From NCBI RefSeq assembly GCF_030144855.1, contig NC_082712.1, positions 141,918,001-141,982,000 on the forward strand: a DNA stretch of 64,000 bases, read 5' to 3'. Shown here piece by piece: positions 1 through 11,802 of the stretch; position 1 is the first letter of the stretch, and each line of letters starts with the position of its first letter. The stretch is from Hypanus sabinus. Its lineage: Eukaryota. The notes under the pieces were generated by a model. That model was not told the origin of the DNA. It did not search any database and worked only from the letters and a program-made list of their open reading frames with translations. A program made the translations under genes and the position numbers.

Positions 1-417
1 GCTAATTTTGGTGGTATCGGAAAGGATCTGCCACATGTGGATTGGGACAGGTTGGTTCCTGCCAAAGCTGTACTTGGTAAGTAGGAGGTCTTCAAAAGTG
101 AAATTTTGAGAGTACAGATTTTGTAATTCCTGTCAGAATAAACGCAAGGGTAACAGGTTTAGGGAGCCTTGGGTTTCAAGAGATATTGAGGCCTTGGTTA
201 GGAAAAAGAAAGAGGTGAATGGTAGGTATAGGCAGGAAGAAACAAATGAGGTACTTGAGGAGCGTAGTGGTAGTTAATAGTGTTATTTCTATGTCACTCC
301 CATATGGGAGGGGTTCACATGCTGTATAAGCAGGATTGTCAATAAAGTTCAGTGGAATATCCTGCAAGGCAGCTGTCTTGGTGTGCTCTGCACCATCCCA
401 CAATACCAAACGCAACA

Positions 418-432
418 CGATGTCAGAAGTGG
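418..432 (+). promoter_or_regulatory. Primer-binding site, tRNA-Leu type (degenerate)
   Basis: cgatgtcagaagtgg directly after the 5' LTR; compare TGGTGTCAGAAGTGG, the complement of the tRNA-Leu(CAA) 3' end. Confidence 0.75.
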
Positions 433-1088
433 TTGATTGTCCAGTGAGATCTCCAACAAGAAAGAATTTACAGCAAGATTGTTTTTGTTCCCATATATCT
501 ATGAAAAATATCCAGAGTCTTATCAACCTAAACTAATGATTCCATTTGCTAAATGTATGCAGAGCATGAGCTGGAACTAGCCAAGGTTGCTCAACGACGC
601 CTTCAAGCTGCACAAAAAAGTAGATACATTGTAATCTGTGGGCCACTAGCCCACAACAGAGAAGTCAGTCAAACTCTCAGGGAGAAAAAAGACTTTTGTA
701 GTCCAAATAAATAAAATAATTAATAAACAAACAAACAGGAAAATTGAGCAAATACCTCCAGTACCTGCATCTACTTACCTAATAAAGGCCCCTGAGACAT
801 TCGATTTCTCTAAACCAGGGGATCTAAAATATTTAGGGTTGCAAGCAATCTGACTTAGGCTTCAGAGGAGCATTACGTAAGCACACTGATATACTGCAAG
901 GGGTGACAAAGCAGACAACATCATGGATGGAGTAGGACTGATAGATATTCAGAAAAAGGAGTACAAAACAGTTCAGGACAGATTCAAAGAATATTTCACA
1001 GGAAAGTGAAATGTGATATGTGTGAGAAAAAAAATTCAACTCCAGAAAACAAGAGCCCAATGGAAGTATAAATGACTTCATCACAGCA

Positions 1089-2389
1089 TTGTATTCCCCG
1101 TCAGACAACTGTGCATATGGAAATCTGAGAGATGCGCTCGTTAGAGACAGGATTGTTGTCCGGCTACTAGACACCAGATTGTCAGAGAGATTTCAGTTCC
1201 AGGCAAGTCTCATGCTAAAGAAAGCTGTAACTATGGTCAGGCGGAGTGAGAATGTTCGAGAACAGCAGGCAGAACTCAGACAAGAAAACGACGCTAAGGT
1301 AATGCAAGAAACTGTACAAAAAGAAAGGCACCAACAAGGTGCAGTCAGAAAGACTACAGAAAGAGGTAGAGCTCAGCTCAAACAAAACAGAGAAGTGAAA
1401 CAAAGAGCAGGTAACACGTCCAACTGCAGGACATGCAGCAAGTCTCCACTCCATGTCAAAGAACTCTGCCCAGCAAAAGAAGTGAAATGCTACCAGTGTA
1501 ATAGAGTTGGCCATAATAAAAGCCAGTGTCACTCAAGAAGTTCTTCAGGAGGTCAAAGAAAACCATGATTCAGCTGGAGAGAGAGCTTTCCTTGGGGCTC
1601 TAGATTCAAATAGACAAGGCAGGTGTACTATGGTTCAGTTGAAAAATGAGGCAGTGATATTCAAAATGGACTCTGGGACAGATGTCACAGTCGTCACTGA
1701 ATGTCTGTTCATAAAACTGGTGAAGAAACAGGCATTACATTAAGCCCAACAAAGCAAGTGCTCATGGAGCCAGGGAAGTATAAGGTCAGTGTGAAAGGAA
1801 TGTTTACTACTTTCATCTGTAAGAATGAGAAACCGTTAAAAGATGATTGAGAAGCTCTTTTCACAACTACTGGGAAGACATGCCATCAACAAACTGAACC
1901 TCATTGCAAGGTTGGGTTCACTAAACAATATCCAGTGGCAAGAGGAGTACCTGGAGTTGTTCACAGGACTGGGTGTACTGACAGAGGAGTACCTTATCCA
2001 ACTGAGGCCAGGGGTGAGGCCCCCCCCCCCCGACCACAGTGAGGCATATACCAGTCCCATTGATGAACAAAGTCACATCATAACTAGAGTGAAGAGACCT
2101 ACTGACCGAGATGCAGGCATTGTTTCTGTTCCTAAGCCAGGTTACACTGTGAGGATCTGTGTTGATCTAACGAAGTTTAATAATGCAATGGGGTGGGAGA
2201 AGTTTATTCTGCCCTCTGTGGAACACACATTTGGTATGCTGGGTGGAGCAAAGTTCTTCTCCAAACTAGATGCAAACTGAGGGCCCTGGAAGATCTGTTT
2301 AGCTCCTGAGTCATAGCAGCTCACAACCTTTATCGCGATCACCCTATGATCACTCTATAGAGGCTATGCTTTCAAGAGACTCCCCTTTG
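1089..2389 (+). pseudogene. Gypsy gag (zinc knuckles), aspartic protease and N-terminal RT, frameshifted
   Basis: CYQCNRVGHNKSQC CCHC knuckle; FKMDSGTDVTVV protease; VRICVDLTKFN and FSKLDAN RT motifs. Confidence 0.9.
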
Positions 2390-5300
2390 AATAAGTTATA
2401 CTTCTAAAATTAAGAAGGAATATATGATAAAAATAGATCGATTGGAAAAAGAGATTACAAAATTAGAAAAAGAATCTCAAAGAAATATGACAGAAGAAAA
2501 ACAAAGACAACTTATTAATAAGAAGTTACGATATAATACACTCCAGACATATCGAACAGAAAAAGCAATTATGAGAACTAAACAGAGATATTATGAACTA
2601 GGTGAAAGATCACACAAGGACCTTGAATGGCAGTTAAAAACAGACCAGACTTCTAAAACAATAAATGCAATTCGAACAAGAGTAAATAAAATTACTTATA
2701 AATCTTTAGAAATTAATGAAACTTTTAAGAATTTTTATTCTGAGTTGTATAAATCAGAATCACAAAATGATAATGTCAAGATAGAAAGGTTTTTATCACA
2801 AATAACTCTTCCAAAATTAAATACGGAAGAACAGAAGGGATTAGATATGCATTTTACATTGAAAGAGGTCAAAGAAGCCCTAAGATCACTTCAAAGTAAT
2901 AAATCTCCAGGAGAAGATGGTTTTCCGCCTGAAATTTATAAAAAGTTTAAAGATTTATTAATTCCTTCTTTTATGGAGTTAATACATCAAGCGGAAAGAA
3001 TGCATAAACTTCCAGAATTTTTTTCGACAGCTATTTTAATAGTATTGCCAAAAAAAGGTAGAGATCTTTTAAAGCCAGCATCATATAGACCTATTTCTTT
3101 ATTAAACACTGATTATAAGATAATAGCAAAAATCTTATCTAACAGATCATCTAAATACTTACCAAAATTAGTACATATGGATCAAACAGGATTTATTAAA
3201 AATAGACAATCGGCAGATAATGTAACTCGGTTATTTAGTATAAATCATTTGGCGCAAAAGAGGGAGGAAATGAGTGTAGCAGTTGCTTTAGATGCAGAAA
3301 AAGCATTTGATAGATTGGAATGGGATTTTTTATTTAAGGTATTGGAAAAATATGGATTAGGAGTATCTTTTATAAAATGGATTAAAACCTTGAATACTAA
3401 TCACAAAGCTAAAGTAGTGACAAATGGTCAAATTTCAACACCATTTCAGTTAACAAGGTCAACTAGGCAAGGTTGTCCATTATCACCTGCTTTATTCGTG
3501 TTGGCGATAGAACCATTAGCTGAATTAATTAGAATGGACCCAGATATTAAGGGTTTCAGAGTTAATCAGGAAGAATACAAGATTAACTTATTTGCTGATG
3601 ACGTTCTGCTTTATTTAACAAACCCATTGCACTCGTTGCGTAAGTTATCCTACAGATTAGAAGAATATGGGAAAATATCAGGTTATAAAATAAATTGGGA
3701 TAAAAGTGAAATTTTACCTCTTACTAAAGGAGAGTATAGTCAATGTCGATTAATAACTCAATTTAGATGGCCAGCAAATAGTATAAAATATTTAGGTATA
3801 AGAGTTAATAATGATATAAAGAACTTATATAAATTAAATTACTTACCATTATTGAAAAAAAATTCAAGAAGATCTTGATAAATGGATGGTATTACCAATA
3901 ACATTAGTAGGTAGAGTAAATACCATAAAAATGAATATATTCCCTAGACTACAATACTTATTCCAATCACTACCAATACAACTACCCCAGAAGTTTTTTC
4001 AAGAGTTAAACAAATATGTGAGGAAGTTTCTCTGGAAAGGTAAGATATCAAGAATAACGTTGGAAAAATTGACATGGAAATTTGATCTGGGAGGGTTATA
4101 ACTTCCAAATTTTAAGAATTATTATAAAGCAAATCAACTTAGATTTATTGCATCTTTTTTTGAGAAAGATAGACCAGCATGGATTAGAGTAGAACTAGAT
4201 AAAATAGGAGAAAATACACCAGAAGATTTTATATATAAATGGGAATCTAAATGGATACGGGAAAAGAAAGAGTCTCCTATATTAAAACATTTGATTGACT
4301 TATGGAGTAAGATAAATGTTGATGAGACAAAGAAATCTTTATTAGCAAAGAGATCTTTAATTCAAAATGGACTTATTCCTTTTACAATGGATAATCAACT
4401 TTTATATAATTGGTTTCAAAAAGGGATTAGATATATAGGAGATTGTTTTGAAGGAGGTATATTAATGTCATTTGATCAATTAAAGAATAAATATAAAGTA
4501 TCAAACAACACTCTTTTTTGTTACTTCCAACTAAGGGCTTATGTAAGAGAAAAATTAGGTCAAACAATGTTATTGCCGAAATCTAATGAAATAGAAACTT
4601 CAATTCAAAAAGGAAAGATTAAAAAATTTATTTCTTGTATGTATAACTTGATTCAAAAACAGGCAATTAAACAAGTTCATAAGTCAAGACAAAAATGGGA
4701 AAGTGACTTGAATATTAAAATTGAAGAAACAAATTGGTCAAGACTATGTCTTGACAGTATGACAAATACAATAAGTGTCCGGTTAAGATTAGTGCAATAT
4801 AATTTTTTACATCAATTATATATTACACCAGAAAAAATAAATAAATTAAACCCAAATTTATCCAATCAGTGTTTCCGATGTAATCAAGAAATTGGTACTT
4901 TTTTACATTCTACTTGGTCTTGTTCTAAAATTCAACCTTTTTGGACAAATTTAAGAGTTTTATTGGAACAAATTATTGGAACACAACATCCACATAATCC
5001 AATATTATTTTTACTCAGTGATATTGAAGGGATAAAACCAAAACCCAAATTGAATAAATATCAGAAAGAATTTATAAAAATTGCACTGGCAGTAGCCAAA
5101 AAGGCTATTGCAGTTACTTGGAAATCGGATACATACTTAAGTATAGATCATTGGAAGAAGGAAATTTATGGCTATATTCCACTTGAAAAAATTACTTATA
5201 ATTTAAGAGATAAATATGAAACATTTTTGAAAATTTGGCGCCCTTATTTACAAAAGACAGGATTAAATATATAGGTGCTCCGAAGATGAAATAATTGGTT

Positions 5301-5522
5301 ATTTGGGGAAAGAAATAAATATATATACTAAAGTTATTATGAACTCCGTGGAGGATGTGGGGATCTTCCGATATCCAGGCACTCTTTCTTTCTTTCTTTT
5401 TTTTCTATAGGGATGTTAGGGGGGAGGGGTTAAGGGGAGAGGGGAAGGGTATATATTTTTTTCATATATTTTCTTTTATTTCTGTAATTATTTGAAAACA
5501 ATAAAATAAAGTTTTTTAAAAA
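2390..5522 (+). mobile_element. 5'-truncated L1-clade LINE (ORF2 RT plus Cys-rich C-terminus, 3' UTR, short poly(A)) inserted in the Gypsy RT
   Basis: ORFs 2424-3878, 3886-4101 and 4291-5274 with KSPGEDG, YRPISLLNTDYK, DAEKAFD, RQGCPLSP, FADD and CFRC..H..WSC. G-rich 3' UTR, aataaa and an A tail. TSD aagagactcccctttg (2374-2389) / aagtgactcccctttg (5523-5538). Confidence 0.95.
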
Positions 5523-7150
5523 AAGTGACTCCCCTTTGGCATCTCCTCAGTCTCTAAACTCTTTCAGATGAGGATGAACCACATTTTGGAGGGATTGGAA
5601 TGAGTAGCCTGCCACATAGATGATATACTCATCTTCAGAGGCTCAAGTGAGGAACATGACAAAATAGGGTGAAGCTGCCTTGGAGAAACTGAAGCAGGCT
5701 GGAATCACCCTGAGCAAAAAGAAATGCTAATTTACAAAGTTGGAAGTAAAGTTCTTAAGCCACCAGCTGTCCTCAGATGGATTTCTACCAGATTCAGACA
5801 AACTGGCAGGAGTTTGGAAAAACTTATGAATCTATCAGAGATCTATAGATTCCTAGGCATGGTAAAGTTGCTGGGAAAATTCACTCCAGATCTGGCAGAG
5901 AAAACAAAACCACTACATGACCTTCTCTCTCAGAGAAATGTTTGGATCTAAAACACACCACACGAGAAGTCATTCTCATCATTTAAAGCAGTTTCTCTCT
6001 CTGCCAATATTGGCATTCTTTGATCGGAATAAAGCAACCAAGGTCTCAGGCGACACCTCTTCAATTGGCCTAGGAGGTGTGCTCATGCAAACCTGCAGTG
6101 ACATATGGAAACAGGTGGCATCTGCATCAAGAGCACTGGCCCCTAATGAACAGCGTTATGTCCAAATCGAAAAGGAGATGCTGGCTCTCATGTGGGCTAG
6201 TGAACACATTATCTGCTATTTGATAAGCACAAAATTCCTACTTGAAACAGACCACAAGCCACTTCTCAGCCTCCGTAGCTCAAAACAGTTGGATGGCTTA
6301 CCTCCACATCTGAAAAGATTCAGAATGAAGCTTATACGATACTATTATGACATTGAACATGTCCCCCAGCAAATCACTCACACCACCAGACACTGTCAAG
6401 GATGCCATGCAAAAGTGAGTGGATGAAAGCTGACTCCACCCTCATAGAAGATAACAACATCTACTTTGCTCAGCTATATTAAAGCTCTCCCGAATCACAG
6501 AGTAAACTGGATATAATTCATGCTGAGTTGAGAAAAGACCAAATCTGCACCAAGGTCATACAATACAGTGAGCATGGATGGCCAATTGTTCAAAAAGGAG
6601 CTCACAAACTCAGACCTGGCTAGTTTGAAAGAGACACACTCTCCATTCTTGGTGATTTGCTGCTAAAGGGCTCCAGACTCATCATTCCTGCTTCTATGCA
6701 TGCCAAGATCATCAGTCAAATCTGAGGACATCAAGGCATCAAAAATTGCCACCAAAAAGCAAGATAATCCATGTGCTGGCCTGGTCTGAGCACACAACTG
6801 GGAGATTACGTAAAGCAATGTGTAGCCTGCAAAAAAATACACAAAAATCATGCTGAGTTTCTCTGTCTTACTGAATTCCAAGACTTTTCATGGCAATTCG
6901 TAGGCACAGACATTTTCAAGCTGAAAAAAGACAAATATCTTCTCACTGTAGATTATTACTCAAGTAACATTGAGATGTCCAAATTGTCTTCTACATCCTC
7001 AGCAGAATCTGAAAACTGTATTCACTCACCGTGGAATACCAGAGACAATGGTCCCAAATTCAGCTACTTAGAATTCAAAGCCTATAAGTTCAAACAGTCC
7101 AGAGCACCCACAGGCAAATGGAGATGTGGAACGAGCAGTGTAAACTGAAG
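5523..7150 (+). pseudogene. Remainder of Gypsy pol: RT (HIDD), RNase H, partial integrase
   Basis: CHIDDILI near 5610; DTSSIGLGGVLMQ, YVQIEKEMLA and ETDHKPL; WPG...CVAC and YLLTVDYYS. Confidence 0.9.
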
Positions 7151-7378
7151 GCAAAAGAGACTTTTTCGTAAAAGAAAAGGAATTGGTGAAAAAAAGAAAG
7201 GAAACAAAGTGAGAGAGACCATTAAAAACAGAGAGAAAGAACTTTATAATGTTGGCAAATCCTTTTTATGTTTCTGTAAGGTGCTTAAGTTACATGCTGT
7301 GGGTAAAGTGAACTAAATCACTCAGTTTCAATGCAATTCTCCAGACAAGAAGTACATACTTTGCTTTTCTATCTTTTC

Positions 7379-7390
7379 AAGAAGGGGAGA
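7379..7390 (+). promoter_or_regulatory. Polypurine tract
   Basis: aagaaggggaga immediately before the TG of the 3' LTR. Confidence 0.8.
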
Positions 7391-7586
7391 TGTGGTAGTT
7401 AATAGTGTTATTCCTATGCCACTCAGTTAGCCACTCCCACATGGGAGGGGTTCACACACTGTACAAGCAGAGTTGTTAATAAAATTCAGTGGAATATTGG
7501 TATGCTCTGCACCAGCCCTCAATCTGGAACATAACAACAAGTATAAGAAATACAAAGGAATGCTCAGGAAGGCTAAAAGAAGGCAT

Positions 7587-7842
7587 TGTGGTGACCCACT
7601 TCCTAGCGCACTCGAACCAGCTCACAAATAGGCAGCGCGCAGGCACAAAGGCCAGGTCCGCAACAAAGGGAAAAAGCCTTCGGGGGTTTGTGAGTACGTG
7701 TCCCTTACAGCATCCGCGCCCGGGGAGGACGGGATAAGGGAGGCTTTAAAGCAAGACTGTGAAATTCGAATAAAATCGTCTTTAATTGCAGTTTACCGAC
7801 TCCATGTCATTATTTTAGCACTGCGTGTAGCACACCGCTACA
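7587..7842 (+). mobile_element. Solo LTR (256 bp)
   Basis: TGTGGTG...CGCTACA termini; exact 4-bp TSD gcat (7583-7586 / 7843-7846); internal tttaaa and aataaa; interrupts CR1 cleanly. Confidence 0.88.
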
Positions 7843-8579
7843 GCATGTGGTTATTCTAGCAGAGAAGGCGAAGGCGAATCCCAAGGGCTTCTACAGATAT
7901 ATAAAAAGCAAAAGGATAGCAAGGGACAAAATCGGTCCTCTGGAAGATCAGAGTGGGCATCTATGTGTGAAGCCGAAAGAGATGGGGAGATTTTTAATGG
8001 ATATGCATCTGTATTCACTCTGAAGATGGAAACAGTGACTACAGAAGTGACACAAAGCAGCAGTGAGGTGATGGGTCTGATACAGGTTACAGAGGAAGAT
8101 GGGATTGCTGTCTTGAGGTGGATAAATCTCTGGGGCCTGACAAGACGTTCCCTCAAAACCCAAGGGAGGCTAATGCAGAAACTGCAGGGGTTCTAGTCAC
8201 TGATATTTAAAATGCCTAAGCCATGGATGAGGTGCCGGAGGATTGGAGGATAGCTAATGTTGTTCCGTTGTTTAAGAAAGCCTCTGAGAACAAGTTGGGA
8301 AATTACAGGCCGGTGAGCCTAACATCAAGAGTGGGAAAGTTATTAGAAAGCATTCTAAGGGACTGGATATGGATAGACAGAGGCTAATTAGGGATAGTCA
8401 GCATGGGTTTGTGTGTGGTAGACCGTGCCTATGTAATGATCTTCAGATGAGTGAACCCAGGTGCAGAGTAAATTCAGGACTCAATGGTAGAAATTAACAA
8501 TGAAGATTTATTCAGAGAATAATACAGGGAATAATCAAACTAGGAGCTCACTTACTCAGACACTGATCTACAATTTGCT

Positions 8580-10151
8580 GAGTCACACATTTTCTTCCCC
8601 AGAGGCCACTGCAAAATCATTCTGTGGCAAGGAACTAATCTGGGTGCTACAGTCTCCTCTGCTGCTTTTCCATGGGAACCGATTACTTCAAATGGGACCA
8701 CTCACACTGAATGCTCTTTATATTTTGTGTGCGTCTGCTTATTTGGAGACTTGGCAATCATGTGTTGCTGCTCAGTTTCTGATGCCAAATTATCTGCACT
8801 AGTAACCTTCATTGAAGTATTAGGGTCACTTGAATGATCCCATCTTTGTAGAAACTTGTTAGGTGGTGGGAATGCTGGGGTTAGATCTGTAAAAGCTTCC
8901 TCTCAGAAAGAAACATTACAGCTACAATGACAAAGGATCCCAGTCACCATTTTCCCACCATTCTTTCTAATAGTGATTTCTCTGGATCTCAATCCTCTAA
9001 ACGTGGTTCACTGCCTGAATGTCTCTGCACGTGAGAAATTCCTTTCCTAATTTTCTCTTCCTCATGTACCCGGTCCAATAGATATCTTAAATACGCTGAA
9101 CGGGCATGTTGCACCTCTTGTTTAAACCAAGGAGGCGATGAAGCTTTCAAGAAGCTACTGGGAGAGATGGCAGATCTCTGGCTCTGTTCCAGGAAAGCAA
9201 ATAACCATTGAAGTTTCATCATTAAGGGCTGTGAATCAGTCTCCTTGAGTAGCATAACAGCATGCCTGTAGTCAGAAGCTTTTAAAACATTCCTGAAAGA
9301 CACTGTTCTTGTAGCAGGTATTGCCAAGATCTGCCAGTCGTGTCTTTCTTGTATATAATCTTGCAGCAAGTCTTGACTACAAAGGTTCCAATGCATTTCT
9401 TTGTGATATCAGGCACTCTGATTGAGCAGCTGCTCTAGTTTTTTTCTCGTTTGGAATTGGAAAATCCTTTAGTGCTTAACAGGTTCATATAGGTTAGGGA
9501 AGTCTGAAAAATGGAAGTTCATGCAGTGTACCAATTCAGACTGTTGTTGTGACAGCTTATTGCAGAGTTAGAGAGTAACATCATTAATTAGGGTATGTGA
9601 GGAACAAGCACATGAAATGCTTCTGATGAAAGTTGGAAACTTAGAAGTCTATATTTCAGCATATAAGCTCCTGCTCTTACAACTGGGGAAGAAAAGAGCC
9701 TTGAGAACACCTGTTCAATTTGTGAAAGTGTGATTTCAATCAAAAAGCTGAACTTCTTCACAGCAGTTAAACCTTTCAGTAAGCCAATAATGCACTTGCA
9801 TGTGTTATTGGCTAATGGCCATGAAAGCCAATCAATCATATTGGTTAAAGCAGTCATCATCTTTACATCCATGATGCAATTACCATTTGTCAGGTTTTGA
9901 ATCCATCCATAATTTTCAATGGCTCATACTGGACCACAATGGACAATGCATTTGATGCCCCATCAGATACAGCCACATCCTTTTGGAATTGCATATCACT
10001 CAACAGAATTAACTTTGTAGACAACTCAAACATAGCTATGCACTGTTTACAGTTGAGAGGTTCTATGCTGTTTCTAAAATGAGTCTTACAAGAATGTGCT
10101 TTACAGAAGTTGATGGCAAGGCAACATCACAGCTTCCTAAATCTGGTCCAT
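8580..10151 (-). pseudogene. USP35: Processed (intronless), internally deleted and 3'-truncated ubiquitin-specific peptidase 35 copy
   Basis: MDQI*EAV start at 10151; MIDWLSWPLA..IIGLLKGLTAVKKFS; EAFHVLVPHIP; Cys box LGNTCY (9311-9325); SQPLMMKLQWLFAFLEQSQRSAISP; YLLDRVHEEEK; GGKMVT; EEAFTDL.PAFPPP. The QPLM.KLQWLF and AFPPP motifs favour USP35 over USP38 (from recalled sequences). Many stops and frameshifts; the low-coordinate end is approximate. Confidence 0.88.
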
Positions 10152-10369
10152 GTCTTTTCAATTCTATTTCCTTCAACCAATGTTTTTTTTACTTCAATCA
10201 CATCAAGATTCCAATACAACAAATATTCAATTTTGTACATGCCATCCATGGAAAGTTACAACTTGAGATCATCCTTCAAACAGTTAGCTGGCAGACACAA
10301 AGGGGGGAAGACAATAAACTTAAAGATCTCTATCACCAACCACAAGTTAGTGACTCCATAATTTCTAGA

Positions 10370-11801
10370 ATATTCCTCCATAGCTTGCCTCTCTGGAGCA
10401 GACAAGGCATAGAGCCTTCCTCAGCTGGACATGTACCAGGTAGTAAACTGATGGTGCAATTGTATTCTCTGTGCGGGGGAAGCATAGGAACTCTCCTTTT
10501 GCTGAACACCTCCAAAAAATCCCAATTCTCTGAAAGCACTCTAGACAACTCCACTGAGTTCAAGTCTGGTCTTGTGTGTCAGGAGGCAACTCAACCTGGT
10601 TCATACCAAGTCGCTCAGAAACTTGGGAAGGCAAGTTGGGACCTCGGGAAGGTATCTCAAAACCTCTGCAAAGGTACTTATCCCAGCACTGGGTTGACCA
10701 ACCCTGAATGGTACCAGAAGACCAGTTAGTCCCAGGATTATGAAGATGTAAACATGGATAACCAAGGATAATAGTAACAATCAGTAATCCTTGAGAATCA
10801 TGGAGAATATAAAAGATGGAAACTATTTGTCTCCTTGTACCTTCCAATATTCAACTTGAGAGCAACAGAAAGATAAAAGATTTGTCCAGTTTCCAATGGT
10901 CTACCATCCAGGGCCATAGCAGAGATAGGCTGGTCGAGATGTACCTTATTAATTTGGATTCTCTCTGCCAGTCTGGTGTCCAAAAATGTGCTCACTAAAC
11001 CAGAGTCTACCAGGGCTCTCACAGAATGTTGATGTCTCCCCTAAGGCAATAGGTATAGTAAAACTGCTCCAGGACTTGATGGAATGGGAGAGAGACTTGG
11101 GACTATTACAGTTCTCCCCTCACTGAATGGTTCTGGAGTCTTCCTGAAAACTCAGGGGAAGTGACTCAGAAATGGCCGGGCTTACCACTGAATAAGCAAC
11201 ATCTCTACTTTACACATCTCTCTCACTCTGCTGGGGACACCTAGGTTCTTCCAAGTTGCCTTGGTTCTTCCGGAGATGACTCTGGGGATTTGTGTTGGTT
11301 ATTGGATTGAGGAACTGGGGCAGGCATTGGGTAGATCTGAGAACTAGACCTCTGGGTGAACTCACCAGATCTCTCCTTCCTTCTTTCAGAAATATGGTTG
11401 TTGATTCTTTTGGCCACTTCCAATAGTTCTTCCAACTCTTCCACCTAATCCCCGGTCACAAGAATGTCTTTCAGCCGCCTAAGAGGAGGGAAATTATACA
11501 GGCCATCTTGCTCCTGTCCAAGAGGAAATTTGCGAGCAGTAATTCAAAGACTAGGGAGCATTGATCTCAGAACCCATGGCAAGACTCAGGGTTCCCATTG
11601 TGTCGCTCCAGGACTGGCAGCTTAATTCATTCTCCACAGTAGTTCTGTGAACACGTAGCAGGAAACACAGGTGAATGCCCAAAACCAGAGTCTTTCTGCA
11701 AAGATGCAAGCGTGTCCCTGGAGAAACTCTTCATGCCGCCCTGCTGCCTGTCCTTGACAAGCCAATGTCATGCAAAGGTGATCAATATCTGTTGGGTACA
11801 T
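10370..11801 (-). pseudogene. Gypsy gag, protease and start of pol of the USP35-bearing element
   Basis: MYPTDIDHL start; CLFSGKPGHF knuckle relic near 11170-11205; RALVDSG protease; ILGYP.LHLHNP..NWSSG; LPPHREYNCTISLLPG; LSAPERQAMEEY, after which similarity stops. Confidence 0.85.
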
Positions 11802-11802
11802 A

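Larger units (their letters stand above)
266..7539 (+). mobile_element. Degenerate Ty3/Gypsy LTR retrotransposon (5' LTR ~266-417, 3' LTR 7391-7539), containing an L1 insertion
   Basis: Two diverged ~150-bp direct repeats starting (t)gtggtagttaatagtgttatt and ending aaca. PBS and PPT are in the expected places. Domain order is gag-PR-RT-RH-IN. Confidence 0.92.

Noticed and set aside
8989-9872. USP35/38 ORFs as exons of a functional host gene
   Set aside because: No introns across several expected exon boundaries, a stop at codon 5, many frameshifts, no His box, and enclosure by LTRs.
10152-10400. Gag-Pro-USP35 fusion protein
   Set aside because: About 210 nt with stop codons separate pol from the USP35 ATG, so no continuous frame is visible in this copy.
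10079-10729. 216-aa plus-strand ORF spanning the Gypsy/USP35 junction
   Set aside because: Antisense to the recognisable pol and USP35 sequence, non-ATG start, no motif; most likely a shadow ORF.
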